This document shows, piece after piece, positions 1 to 12,066 of a DNA stretch of 64,000 nucleotides. Source of the DNA: Mustelus asterias (taxonomy: Eukaryota). A program made the translations under genes and the position numbers. Each line of letters starts with the position of its first letter. Position 1 is the stretch's first letter. Under the pieces are notes generated by a model. That model was not told the DNA's origin. It saw only the letters and a program-made list of their open reading frames with translations, and did no database searches. The stretch is from contig NW_027590160.1 in assembly GCF_964213995.1 (NCBI RefSeq), forward strand, positions 992,001 to 1,056,000, written 5' to 3'.

Positions 1-425
1 TGAATTGAACAAGTATTTTGCCTCGGTGTTCACAATAGAGGATACAGTTAAAACTCAGAAACAGCTGGAAATCAGAAAACAGAAGTGTGGGATGAACTCT
101 GAAAAAGCACAATTCCCAGGGAAGTGGTCCTCAGCAAACTGTTGGAGCTGTGGGCTGATGAGTCCTCGGGTCCTGCTGGGCTTCATTCTCTGGTCTTAAA
201 AGAGTGAGGTAGTTGATGTGTTGTTCAATTTTCTAAAATTCCCCATCGGGAATTGGATAAAGGGAAACCGGTGGATGCGCTGTCCTTAGATTTCCAGAGG
301 ACATTTGATGAGGTGCCACATCAAAGGTTATTGCAGCAAATAAAAATTCATGCTGTGGGGATGACATATTGGCGTGGATAGAAGGTTGGCTAACAGCAAA
401 CAGTGGGCAGAAATGGATCATTTTC
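1..425 (+). mobile_element. Degraded CR1 LINE ORF2 fragment
   Basis: NKYFASVFT motif and decayed LDFQ..FD.VPH..L RT motifs, with stops and frameshifts. Confidence 0.7.
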
Positions 426-578
426 TGGTTTGAGAGAGAGAGAAACCTGGGCCAACCTTTCCAGAGTCTGCAGCCTCCCTGGATTCACTTCCTTTCCCTT
501 CAGTTGCTGCAAGTCCCCAATTTCCCCCAGAATGAGAAAATAAATGGAAAGGGGGAGAAAAGAAAGTGTTTTACTCAC

Positions 579-780
579 AGATGTTGGCGACAGGGGGAAG
601 TTTGAGTCTGTCTGAAGATCAATCTTCATTCACACAAAGCCCACGCTCTGATTGGCTGGAAGACCAGAGTCCTTCCGGTCCTCCAACTCTTCCCATTGGT
701 CAACACCTCAGCATGAAGATCAGAGGGTGGGTTCTCCCCTGCACATGCACAGCTTCCCCTCTCCCTCGCACACTATTCTG
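579..780 (-). promoter_or_regulatory. Putative promoter and first exon of a leftward ZNF gene; donor GTGAGT at 578 (empty Tx1 target site)
   Basis: Exon/intron sequence paralogous to 51250-51350 and 59850-59957; CCAAT boxes (gattgg ~650, attgg ~695). Confidence 0.6.
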
Positions 781-1197
781 ACTTGTACTGAAAGAACAGA
801 AATTTATTTCATATAAATACTGGGAAGACTGAACCCATTGTGTTCAGTCCCCACTACAAACTCCACTCCCTCGCCAACAACTTAATCTCTCCTCCTGGCA
901 ACTATCTGAGGCTGAACCAGGCTGTTCACAACCAGGGTGAAATAGTTCATCCCAAGATGAGCTTCCAGCCACATGTCCACATCATCATCAAGACCACCTT
1001 CATTCAAAGAAGCATTGATAGTAATTAATGAATAATAATGAATAATAAAATACAGTGTAGAAGGAGGCCATTCAGCCCATCGAGCCTGCACTGACAACAA
1101 TCCCATCCAGGCCCTATCCACATATTTACCTGTTAATCTCCCTGATACCAAGTGGCAATTTATCATGGCCAAATTATCATGGCAATTATCATGGCCA

Positions 1198-1546
1198 GGG
1201 GCGGCGCGGTAGCACAGTGGTTAGCACTGCTGCTTCACAGCTCCAGGGACCTGGGTTCGATTCCCGCTTGGGTCACTGTCTGTGTGGAGTTTGCACATTC
1301 TCCTCGTGTTTACGTGGGTTTCCTCCGGGTGCTCCGGTTTCCTCCCACAGTCCAAAGATGTGCAGATTCGATTGATTGGCCATGCTAAAATTGCCCCTTA
1401 GTGTCCTGGGATGCGTAGATTAGAGGGATTAGCGGGTAGAATATGTAGGTATATGGGGGTAGGGCCTGGGTGGGATTGTGGTCGGAGCAGACTCGATGGG
1501 CTGAATGGCCTCTTTCTGTACTGTAGGGTTTCTATGATTTCTATGA
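1198..1546 (+). mobile_element. HE1-type tRNA-derived V-SINE, full length
   Basis: A box (tagcacagtgg), B box (ggttcgattcc), V-domain core, CR1-like tail ending in (tctatgat)n. Confidence 0.85.
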
Positions 1547-1552
1547 ATCTGT

Positions 1553-1721
1553 CTAACCGGCACATCTTTGGACTGTGGAAGGAAACCGGAACACCCGGAG
1601 GAAACCCACACAGACACAGGGAGAATGTAGAAACTCTGCACAGACAGCGACCCGAGGCTGGAAGTGAACCCGGGTCCCTGGCGCTGTTAGGCAGCTGCAC
1701 TAACCACTGTGCCACCGGGCC
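1553..1721 (-). mobile_element. HE1-type SINE, head and core
   Basis: Reverse complement of the SINE head and core. Confidence 0.8.
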
Positions 1722-1770
1722 ACATGTCAGTGCCATCGCCCGACTCCAGCCCAGTCTCAGCTCATCTGGA

Positions 1771-1965
1771 ACCCTCACCCATTCCATTGTGACATCACAC
1801 CCTCACCCATTCCATTGTGACGTCACACCCTCACCCATTCCATTGTGACGTCACACCCTCACCCAATCCATTGTGACGTCACACCCTCACCCATCCCATT
1901 GTGACGTCACACCCTCACCCATTCCATTGTGACATCACACTCTCACCCATTCCATTGTGACGTCA
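1771..1965. repeat. 28-bp minisatellite, 7 copies, containing CRE palindromes
   Basis: Unit accctcacccattccattgtgac(g/a)tcac; five copies carry TGACGTCA, two carry TGACATCA. Confidence 0.95.
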
Positions 1966-2319
1966 GGGCTTCACTCTCCGATCACAATCCCTGCCGGCCT
2001 CCCACATGCAGCCTCAATGGCGGCAGTCAGCCCGGGTCTAACACTACAAGCTGCCGCTTCATTTGGTACAAAGGGAGGGACCGGGAAGTTCATTTCCGGG
2101 GTTTGGGTTTGAACAACATGTTTACAAAGCCTCTCCACCCACCCACCACATTTATCATTCCCTGCGCGCCGCCCTCTACCTCGTATTGATCTCGCTTCCA
2201 AACTAAAACCAGCCGTCGCCATTACCCGCACTGATGTGGAAATGCCGGCGTTGGACTGGGGTAAACACGGTAAGAAGTCAAACAACACCAGGTTAAAGTC
2301 CAACAGGTTTATCTGGTTC

Positions 2320-2720
2320 ACCCGCACTGCGCATGCTTCAGGTCCCGCCCCTCATTCACTCCGATTGGTTGGAGGACCAGCCGCTCCCGCTCGGTCCTCC
2401 AGCCCCGCCCCCTCTTCCTATTGGTCCGGAGCCGCCGTCAATCAGTCCCCGGGCATTGTGATGTGGAGCATGCGCAGTGTCATTGCTGTCCTTGGCGCTC
2501 GTTTGTCCCGGAGAAGCGGAGTCAGCGTTAGGCGGTGGCTGGGAGGATTTGGAAACACTTTGTGGATCCGCAAACCCTTCAGAATCATTGTCAGCTCCCT
2601 GGTTTGCAGCTGCGGGGCTTCTCCCTCCCTCCCTCCCGGGAACAGGCCCAGGTTAACGGCCCCATCCTGGCTCAGCCACTGGAGGATGGTTCACATCAGA
2701 GGATGGAGGAGGGGGACAAT
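2320..2720 (+). promoter_or_regulatory. CpG-rich ZNF promoter/5' region
   Basis: NRF1-like TGCGCATGC twice, GC boxes, CCAAT boxes; upstream of ZNF 3624; near-identical inverted paralog at 13450-13840. Confidence 0.7.
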
Positions 2721-2896
2721 AAATAAGAGGTTACACTTTGGCCTCAAATCAATGAGGACTCTGATCTCTGGGAAGGAAGGAAACCCTGGGAGGTGGGCGG
2801 GGAGGATTCACAAACACCCGCTGGAGGCCCCAACACCCCCAATAAGACCCATTGGTTTTATTGTCTGTCTGCAGACAGGAGCTGGAGAACTGAACC

Positions 2897-3066
2897 CAGT
2901 AAGAGTTTTAACAACACCAGGTTAAAGTCCAACAGGTTTATTTGGTAGCAAACACCATTAGCTACCATTAGGTGTTTGCTACCAAATAAACCTGTTGGCC
3001 TTTAACCTGGTGTTGTTAAAACTCTTACTGTGTTCACCCCAGTCCAACGCCGGCATCTCCACATCA
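2897..3066. mobile_element. Penelope terminal-repeat fold-back insertion
   Basis: 60-bp inverted arms (2897-2956 / 2971-3030, 1 mismatch); TSD agaactgaacccag at 2886-2899 and 3066-3079. Confidence 0.85.
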
Positions 3067-3623
3067 GAACTGAACCCAGACAGAGGAGAGGGAGGGAGCA
3101 AACTGGGAGTGGAGAAAAGAAATGGTGAGATGGGTTTGGATTTCAGCCCAGGGAGGAGGGAGAGTTTGTGGGACAGGAATTTATTGATTTGGGGAACAAG
3201 AGAGGAAGAAATTTTCCAGAGAATTAGAATTGCCTGTTCAAAATTTCTATCCTGGACTGACAGTGATTAATTTTGTAAACTCCTTTTACAGGTGAGGTGA
3301 AGAAACATCACATCAAAATCAGACAGAGTCTCGATTCACTTGGACTTAAATATCCTCAGACTTTGAACGTGGAAGGAGAAATGTTTGTCTTCTGTCTGGA
3401 GGAGAAGATTTCAAACATCAGTGCGACTGAAAAAGCACCAAGATACACGCACACCCGAGTGAGAGTGTTTCAGTGAGTTGACTGTGGAAAGAGCTTTATC
3501 CAGTTACACAGCCTTAAAAAACATCACACCATTCACAGCAAGGAGAAACTGTACACGTGTTCTGTGTGTGGATGAGGCTTCAACTGATCGTTTAACCTGG
3601 AGAAACATAAGGACACCAGTATC

Positions 3624-4547
3624 ATGGAGAAACCGTGGAAATGTGGGGACTGTGGGAATGGATTCAGTTACCCTTCCCTGCTGGAAAACCATCGGCGCAG
3701 TCACACTGGTGAGAGACCGTTCACCTGTTCTGTTTGTGGGGAGGGATTCATTCAGTCATCTGGCCTTTGGTCTCACCAGAGAATTCACACTGAGGAAAAG
3801 CCATTCACCTGCACCTCCTGTGGGAAGAGGTTCAGGCATTCTTCAGCACTCACTGTGCACCAACGCACTCACACCGGGGAGAGACCATTCATCTGCTCCG
3901 TGTGTGGGAAGGGATTCACTCAGTCATTCCACCTGCTGTCACACCAGCGAGTTCATACTGGGGAGATGCCGTTCACCTGCTCCAACTGTGGGAAGGGATT
4001 CACTGGGTCATCCCACTTACTGTCACACCAGCGAGTTCACATTGAGGAGAAGCCATTCAGCTGCACTGACTGTGGACGGAGTTTCAGACAGGCATCCTCC
4101 CTCGTTGCACACCAGCGAATTCACACTGGGGAGAGACCGTTTACTTGCTTTGTGTGTGGAAAGGGATTCACAGCTTTACCCACCCTGCTGAGACACCAGA
4201 AAATTCACACTGAAGAGAAGCCATTCAGCTGCACTGACTGTGGAAAGAATTTCAGGCAGTCATCCAACCTCACTGCTCACCGACGCACTCACACTGCAGA
4301 AAGACCATTCACATGCTCCGTGTGTGGGAAGGGATTCAATCGGCCATCCAACCTCTCTGCTCACCAGCGAGTTCACACAGGGGAGAGGCCATTCACTTGC
4401 TCCGTGTGTGGGAAGGGATTTGCAAAGTCTTTCAACCTGCTGGCTCACCAATGCACTGACACTAAGAGGCCATTCAACTGCTCTGTGTGTGGGAAGGGAT
4501 TCACTCAGTCACAATGGCTCCTGAGACATCAGCAAGTTCATAAGTGA
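3624..4547 (+). CDS. C2H2 zinc-finger protein, 307 aa, 11 fingers (finger 10 degenerate), no visible effector domain
   Basis: Open ATG-to-TGA frame of CxxC..HxxxH repeats with TGERPF linkers; acceptor ttttacag at ~3291. Confidence 0.9.
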   Translation: MEKPWKCGDCGNGFSYPSLLENHRRSHTGERPFTCSVCGEGFIQSSGLWSHQRIHTEEKPFTCTSCGKRFRHSSALTVHQRTHTGERPFICSVCGKGFTQSFHLLSHQRVHTGEMPFTCSNCGKGFTGSSHLLSHQRVHIEEKPFSCTDCGRSFRQASSLVAHQRIHTGERPFTCFVCGKGFTALPTLLRHQKIHTEEKPFSCTDCGKNFRQSSNLTAHRRTHTAERPFTCSVCGKGFNRPSNLSAHQRVHTGERPFTCSVCGKGFAKSFNLLAHQCTDTKRPFNCSVCGKGFTQSQWLLRHQQVHK

Positions 4548-5260
4548 CTGCAGGGGTTGGATTCTGCTGTTATTGCTGCTGTTCAGCATTGATAGTCTGA
4601 CAATATTTTATTTTTGCTGATAACAAATCCCATAACTGGCTGGAATTTAATATTCTGGAGATGTCACTTCAATATTCTGCAATGTCACTTTTTAAAAGCA
4701 TCACCAGTGATCTTCCCCCTTAATTGAAGAACTCCCAACAGGAACCTGTTTGGAATAAAATTATGAACTTTTGCTTCAATTCTAAATTGATTCTTGGTTC
4801 AAAATCTACAATTCAGTATCTGAAAGATCCATCTGTCGGGTTCAAAGTATTTCTTTTCAATGCTTTTGTTGAGATTTTCTGGAAAGCTACTCTTTGATTT
4901 TAAGGGCTATTTTTTGGTTTCCAGGGGATCCTTTTCCTTTCTCAGTAACTCCTTCATTTAGTGATGTAGTCACATAGTAACATAACCTTTTGTGTGCGTG
5001 TTGAATATCTTTTGAGTTTGCTTTTTTAGATAAGATAGCACAAATACCGAAGACTGTGTGTATATTAAATCTTTCAAATTGTAATCTATAAATATGATTT
5101 TTTTGTTAATTTATTTTAAAAATACTCCGATAGTCCATTTCCAAAACTGAGTATTTGACACAAGGTAACTGAATCGGGGCAGACTGTTTATTGGATCAGA
5201 CCCTGGAGCAGGAAAAAACTAACCCGATTCTCATCTTCATTGTATGTAAATTAACATTAA

Positions 5261-5527
5261 TCTGTCCGTGTGGAGTTTGCACATTCTCCTCGTGTCTGCG
5301 TGGGTTTCCTCCGGGTGCTCCAGTTTCCTCCCACAGTCCAAAGATGTTAGGTTGATTGGCCATGCTAAAATTGCCCCTTAGTGTCCTGAGATGCGTAGGT
5401 CAGAGGGATTAGTGGGTAAAATATGTCGGGATATGGGAGTAGGGCCTGGGTGGGATTGTGGTCGGTGCAGACTCGATGGGCCGAATGGCCTCTTTCTGTA
5501 CTGTAGGGTTTCTATGATTCTATGATT
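5261..5527 (+). mobile_element. HE1-type SINE, 5'-truncated
   Basis: Matches core and tail of 1198-1546. Confidence 0.85.
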
Positions 5528-6099
5528 AATAACCCATCAATAAGCTCACTACACCAGCCGAGATCAACTCTGACCGGTGGTTCTGTATGTTGTCTGTGAA
5601 TGTTAACCTGCAAATAAAAGCAGTGTAGAATATGAACCTGGATGAATGTATCTCAATTTCTATGTGATGACCCAAGTGATTGGTAGGTAAGTTCAGAATA
5701 CCTGGTTACTCAAATTCCTGAGCTGTACATCCCTCCTACTGAGATATATAAAAATAATGTTCAGCAGAACGGAGAAAGCTCCCTGTTGTCAATGGTTGGA
5801 TCATTCCTTTTGAGGTTCACATTAATATGAAACTAGTTTTATAGCAGGAAGACACAACTCCTCCACGCATCGCAGACAGGCTGCTGGGTCAGTGAACCTC
5901 CTTTCTCAAAATACGTGGCAAAGCTGTTCCTCCAGTTTGAGACTTTGTCTCTGCAGATGTAGCAACATCAGGTTACTGATTGTATTAATAGCACTGCAAT
6001 AATACAGACAGAGTATAGTTACCCCATCCAGAGAACAGGGAGAATGTTGTTTTCTGTGGCCAGGTTGGACTTTAACCTGGTGTTGTTAGACTTCTTACT

Positions 6100-6570
6100 A
6101 CGCTTATTATGGGGACAGCACAAGAAGCAGGACAGGAGTTTATTAACAATCCATATTCCTGACTTATTTCAAGAGACCAAGTCCAATGTGTTCAAGTTTC
6201 CCGATGGGAGACTGTCTCAGGGCAAACAACATCAAGGTGGTCAATACAAATGACACAAGGACCCCGTAAAATATATCCTCACAAACTTCTGCACAGCGGA
6301 CCATCTCCCTGGGGAAAACACTGTGGCGACCGGCACATGTGGAGGCAGCACTGAAATTTTGTTCAGTTTCAAGGACCATCATCACCAAACTCTCAACATC
6401 CGAGGTATCCAGAGGAAGATCAGAAGTGGAGCGGTGGCAGAGCAAGACCAGAGGTGGAGCGGAGCCGCAGAGCTCCCCCCATCCCCTTGAGCATTAACAG
6501 CAACATCATGAACTGCCAGTTCTGTGGATGTCCATGTCGATCCCACATCAGACTCTCCTGTCAGGAGATG
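6100..6570 (+). mobile_element. Decayed RTE-like LINE C-terminal remnant
   Basis: GKQHQGGQYK and CGCPCRSHIRL resemble RTE ORF C-terminal motifs; heavily disrupted. Confidence 0.4.
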
Positions 6571-6921
6571 ATCCACAGAAAACAACATTCTCCCTGTTCT
6601 CTGGATGGGGTAACTATACTCTATTATTGCAGTGCTATTAATACAATCATTAAAAGACAATCTTTTGTTGGGAGTTTGATTAGCTGGTGTCTGAAACCAC
6701 AAGATTCAATATTTAGAGTCAACAAGATGAACAAGGAAACACATCAGGGCCCAAACTCCAGCTGGATATTCACAGGAGAAAGTCTTATCTCACTCATCGA
6801 GTGGACAGAACAGAGAAAGATCCCAACTGTAAGAAACCCTCCAATCATTTATGAATATCTTTCAAATGCTGACAGGTTGCAACTCCCAGTTTCCATTATA
6901 CTGAATCAATGGAAGGTGAGA

Positions 6922-7259
6922 GGGCGGCACGGTAGCACAGTGGTTAGCACTGCTGCTTCACAGCTCCAGGGTCCCGGGTTCGATTCCCGGCTCGGGTCAC
7001 TGTCTGTGTGGAGTTTGCACATTCTCCTCGTGTCTGCGTGGGTTTCCTCCGGGTGCTCCGGTTTCCTCCCACAGTCCAAAGATGTGCGGGTTAGGTTGAT
7101 TGGCCAGGTTAAAAATTGCCCCTTAGAGTCCTGAGATGCGTAGGTTAGAGGGATTAGCGGGTAAATATGTGGGGGTAGGGCCTGGGTGGGATTGTGGTCG
7201 GTGCAGACTCAATGGGCCGAATGGCCTCCTTCTGCACTGTAGGGTTTCTATGATTCTAT
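6922..7259 (+). mobile_element. HE1-type SINE, full length
   Basis: A and B boxes, V core, CR1-like tail. Confidence 0.9.
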
Positions 7260-8650
7260 CCTGGAACTACTAAAAACACTAGCTAGATCACAGCTAGAGT
7301 ACTCAGCACCATTCTAGTTAGGGGTTGGTTAGCCAGAGAGTGTGGCTCAGAAGGTCCTAGTTCCTTAACAGAGATGTCAAGAACTAAGGGGCAGAGAGGT
7401 AAAGAAATTGGCAGAAGGATTAGAAAAACGTGGAGATGTTTTCACCCAGAGGGTGGTGGGGAATCAAACTCACTCTCTGAAAGAGTGGTGGAGACAGAAA
7501 TGTTCATATGCAAGAGGTATTCAGGTATGGACTTGACATGCTGTGTCCTATAGGGCCATCAACCTATACCTGGAAAGTGGGACTAAACTGGACAGCTCAT
7601 TTTCACCTGGTACAGACATGATGGGCTGAATGGCATCCTGTGCAGTAAATTTCTCAGATTCTGTGATCCTCATGATTTTATCCAAGCCAGGTCTCAGCCC
7701 AGTCATTTACTCCCAGTATTGATGTGATGGTTCAGTCACGTTGTGCAAACGAGCTGCTGTGATACAGTAATAACTAGGGGATTTTCACAGTAACTTCACT
7801 GCATTGTTAATGTTGGCCTACTTGTGACTAATAAACTCTAACTTAACTTGTATTTATAGGAACAGAAGTAGGTAAATTTCAGCCCTCGGAGCCTGCTCCA
7901 CGATTCAATCAGATCATGGCTGATCTCTCCCTGGTCTCAAATCGATCCCCCCACTTGTTCCCCATATCTCCCATCCCTTTTTGTGTCAGAAATATATCTA
8001 TCTCCTTCTTGAAACCATTCAACAATTCAGACTCCACCATGCTGTGGGGCAGCAAGTTCCACAAATTTACCACTCTTGGAAAACTTCCCCCTTACATCTC
8101 GTTTAAACTTTCCCCCTCTCACTTTCAGCTGGGGATCTTTCAGAGTGTGAGGTGAATGATAATCAGTACACTACAGGAACACTTCACGGTCAGCATCTCA
8201 AAGGGACTGCACAGTATTTCAAACTGTGTCGTCATGCTGTAGTTCGTGACCTTGATTTGCGGAGATAGAATTCGGACTGGATATTTTGGAATGTTGTAGA
8301 GACATTGATCTAACAATAGAATCGTGAAATAACAGCTCATGAGGAGACACATCATGTCTGTGCTAGCTTATTTTCAAACAGTTATACAATTAGTCCTAAT
8401 ATCATTCCCTTTCATAAAAACGTGCATTATTTCTCCTTTCAAATGATCAATTCTCTTCATGAAAAATCTGAGTTAACAAACAACAACATCGGAAGAGTTG
8501 CAGAAGCCTCTGCAGTATTCATGGACATTTCTAAAAATTAACAAAGTTTCCTTGACTCAATAACATGAAGGGTCAGGTGGGAATTCACATCGAGTTTTGG
8601 AAACAAAACTATTTGCAGTTATGCAGTGGATTTCGTACCTTTTCAAGGAA

Positions 8651-8940
8651 CATAGAATTCTACAGTGCAGAAGAAGGCCATCGAGTCTGGACTGACCACA
8701 ATCCCACCCACGACCTATCTCCATAACCCCTAGCTAGTCCCCCCGACAATTTTTAGCATGGCCAATCCACTTAACCCGCATATCTTTGGAGTGTGGGAGG
8801 AAACCAGAGCACCCAGAGGAAACCCACGCAGACATGGGGAGAATGTGCAAACTCCACACAGACAGTGACCCGAGCCGGGAATCGAACCCGGGACCCTGGA
8901 GCTGTGAAGCAGCAGTGCGAACCACTGTGCTACCGTGCCT
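8651..8940 (-). mobile_element. HE1-type SINE
   Basis: Reverse complement of the same SINE. Confidence 0.85.
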
Positions 8941-8959
8941 CACAAAACATTAAATCTGT

Positions 8960-9511
8960 TTCTTGCCAGGCAAGACTGTTCTCTTCCTGTTGGGGAGCAC
9001 TCCAGCGGTCACGGGCATTCGGCCTCTGATATTCGGGTAAGCGTTCTCCAAGGCGGCCTTCGCGACACACGACAGCGCAGAGTCGCTGAGCAGAAACTGA
9101 TAGCCAAGTTCCGCACACACAAGGACGGCCTCAACCGGGATATTGGGTTTATGTCACACTATTTGTAACTCCCACAGTTGCGTGGACCTGCAGAGTTTCA
9201 CTGGCTGTCTTGTCTGGAGACAATACACATCTTTTTAGCCTGTCTTGATGCTCTCTCCACTCCCATTGTTTTGTTTCTTAAAGACTGGATTAGTTGTAAG
9301 TATTCGCATTCCAACCATTATTCATGTAAATTGAGTCTGTGTCTTTATAAGTTCTGTTTGTGAACAGAATTCCCACTCACCTGAAGAAGGGGCTCAGAGC
9401 TCCGAAAGCTTGTGTGGCTTTTGCTACCAAATAAACCTGTTGGACTTTAACCTGGTGTTGTTAAACTTCTTACTGTGTTTACCCCAGTCCAACGCCGGCA
9501 TCTCCACATCA
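8960..9511 (+). mobile_element. Penelope-like element 3' end (GIY-YIG C-terminus plus terminal repeat)
   Basis: VGEHSSGHGHSASDIRVSVLQGG..RRVAEQKLIAKF, same as 48348-48580; shared terminal repeat. Confidence 0.85.
9378..9414 (+). ncRNA. Minimal type I hammerhead ribozyme motif in Penelope repeat
   Basis: cac-CTGAAGA-a-ggggc/gctcc-GAAA-gc-TT-gtg. Confidence 0.65.
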
Positions 9512-10129
9512 TGATTGATAAAAGCAAGTGTCTCATATGCCTTCTTATTCCATTCACCTGCTCTGCTACCTTAAGTGAATAAGTACCCCAAGATCCATCT
9601 GCTTCTCTGATTTTACCTTTCCTTAATTATTTATTTATCTTGTTACTTCTTCCAAAGTGCATCACTTCGCACTTATCAAGGTTAAATACCATATTTTTTT
9701 TGTTCATTTGTGGGACATGGGCGTCGCTAGTTGGCCATCCCGAGTTGCCCTTGAGAAGGTGGTGGTGAGCTACCTTCTTGAATTGCTGCAGTATATGTGC
9801 TGTGGGTTTACCTACAATGCGGTTCGGGAGGGAATTCCAGGATTTTTACCCAGCGACTGTGAAGGAATGGTGATATATTTCGAAGTCTACCAGTGTTCTG
9901 CCCATGTGACCAACCCAACTATATCGTGCTGCAACCTATGACAGAGTGGGGTAGACTCTAAAAGGACCCTGGGTCTCTGGAACACTCGTCCAGTAACAAT
10001 CCCACCATGCACATTGGTAGATGTATCAATTTATTTAATAATTTTATATGTTAACCCTATAGTTCTGATTGTAATTGGATGACAAAGCACAATTTTGTGT
10101 TGAACATTATCTCCTTCCTATGGCGGTCC

Positions 10130-10390
10130 TCTTACCCAGCATTCGCAGCGAGAGAGAATGTGCCGTATTGTCACAATAGCAGCCGCTTGCGCAGGCGCAG
10201 TACCTGATTCCGAGTGGAGCATGCGCTGTGCGGATTCGGACTGGCCCATGCGCAGTGTGGGTGCTGGAGCTGCAGGGAGGCGGGTGCAGAGGCTTCAGAA
10301 ACAGCCAGTGGAGGAGGCCTCAAAACCCAGAATAAGGAACCCCCCGGGCCCGAGTTTGCACCGACCCGGGGGGTAATTGCAGCACCTCTA
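10130..10390 (+). promoter_or_regulatory. CpG-rich promoter candidate for ZNF at 11029
   Basis: Three NRF1-like motifs (tgcgcaggcgca, gcatgcgc, catgcgca) in a local CpG cluster. Confidence 0.55.
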
Positions 10391-11028
10391 CAATCGGGGA
10401 GATGGTGGTAATATCAGTGACACAGCCTAATGTTCTGGGGATGGGTTCAAGACCCATCATGGAGCTGGGGGGGTTTTAATTAGAATTCATAAAATGCTGG
10501 AAAATCTGGAATATAATTTCACTTGAGTAACCATTACAGCTGTGAACAATGTAAAAAACCCATCCTGTTTATTCATGGGAATCTGCTGTCTCTCCAGAGA
10601 CTTGTCAACATGCGATTCAGTCTCGAACTGCCCTCCTCAGGGGCAGGAAATAAATGCTGGTCTTGGCAATAAAACCACATCACATGAAATAGTGAAGGAG
10701 AAACACTGATAGACTTGGGTTAATAGCTGTCATCTTTCTCGGGGGCAGGACACAGGCACGGTTATCACTGTCCCTGTGAGAAAATGTGAATTTCTATCCT
10801 GGACTGACATTGATAGATTTTGGAGTCTCCTTTTCCAGAGGGTGAGAAGGGGAGGATTTACACACAGTAAACTCAAACCAAGTTTGCTTCAATTTTTAAC
10901 TTTGGACTTTTTCTTACAGGATATTAGAAGTGCAGGAGTGGAAGGGAGAAAACTCAAACCAAACATCGCATCAGGATCCGACGCTGTCGCCTAAATTAGT
11001 GTAATCTGAACATCATTGGGTTTTGAAC

Positions 11029-12066
11029 ATGGAAGGGGAAAGCACGGTTAACAGTGGAGAGAAACCGTACACCTGTTCTGTGTGTGGACGAACATTCAGC
11101 CGATCATCTGGCCCGTTGAAACATAAATGCAGTCACAACAAGGAGAAACAATGGAAATGTGGAGACTGTGGGAAGAGATTCAGATTCCCATCTGAACTGA
11201 AAACTCATTGACACAATCACACTGGAGAGAGACCATTCATCTGCTCTGAGTGTGGGAAGGGATTCACTACCTCATCCATCTTGCTGACACACCGGCGAGT
11301 TCACACTGGGGAGAGACCGTTCACCTGCTCCAAGTGTGGGATGGGATTCATTTGTTCATCCCATCTGCTGAAACACCGGTGGGTTCACACTGGGGAGAGG
11401 CCATTCAACTGTCATGAGTGTGGGAAGGGATTCACTACCTCATCAATCCTGCTGACACACCAGAGAGTTCACACTAGAGAGAGACCATTCAGATGCTCTG
11501 ATTGTGGGAAGGGATTCCCTACCTCTTCTATCCTGCTGAAACACCAGCGAGTTCACACTGGAGAGAGGCCGTTCACCTGCTCTGATTGTGGGAAGGGATT
11601 CACTGATTCATCCGACCTGCTGAAACACCAGAGAATTCATAATGGGGAGAGGCCATTTATCTGCTCCGAGTGTGGGAAGAGATTCACTCAATCATTCAAC
11701 CTCCTAAAACACCAGCGAGGTCACACCGGCGAGAGGCCGTTCACCTGCTCTGAGTGTGGGAAGGGCTTCAGTCAGTCATTCATCTTGTTGAAACACCAGC
11801 GAGTTCACACTGGGGAGAGGCCATTCACTTGCTCCAGTTGTGGGAAGGGATTTATTGATTCATCCACCCTGCAGAGACACCAGCGAGTTCACACCGGGGA
11901 GAGACCATTCACCTGCTCTGATTGTGGTAAGAGATTCAGTCAATCAACCAACCTGGTAAAGCACCAGCGAATTCACACTGGGGACAGGCCATTCACCTGC
12001 TCCGTGTTTGGGAAGGGATTCACTCAGTCACCTCACCTGCTGAAACACCAGTGTGTTCACGAGTGA
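11029..12066 (+). pseudogene. C2H2 ZNF, 12 fingers, one in-frame TGA at 11209-11211
   Basis: ORFs 11023-11211 and 11281-12066 share a frame; stop falls in finger 2 (TH*HNH); last finger has C->F. Confidence 0.8.

Noticed and set aside
1198-1270. tRNA genes at SINE heads
   Set aside because: A and B boxes run directly into the SINE core in many diverged copies; no complete cloverleaf.
1771-1965. CRISPR-like 28-bp palindromic repeats
   Set aside because: Units are contiguous with no spacers, there are no cas genes, and the context is vertebrate; it is a minisatellite.
2236-2925. 229-aa ORF and similar GC-rich ORFs at 13439-14287 and 29748-30657
   Set aside because: They span promoter, repeat or Tx1 5'UTR sequence, have low-complexity translations and no domain; their similarity reflects DNA duplication.
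3478-4524. Long alternative-frame ORFs over ZNF arrays (also 46006-46545, 58475-59023)
   Set aside because: HTSEFTLGR-type peptides are the usual shadow frames of C2H2 repeats.
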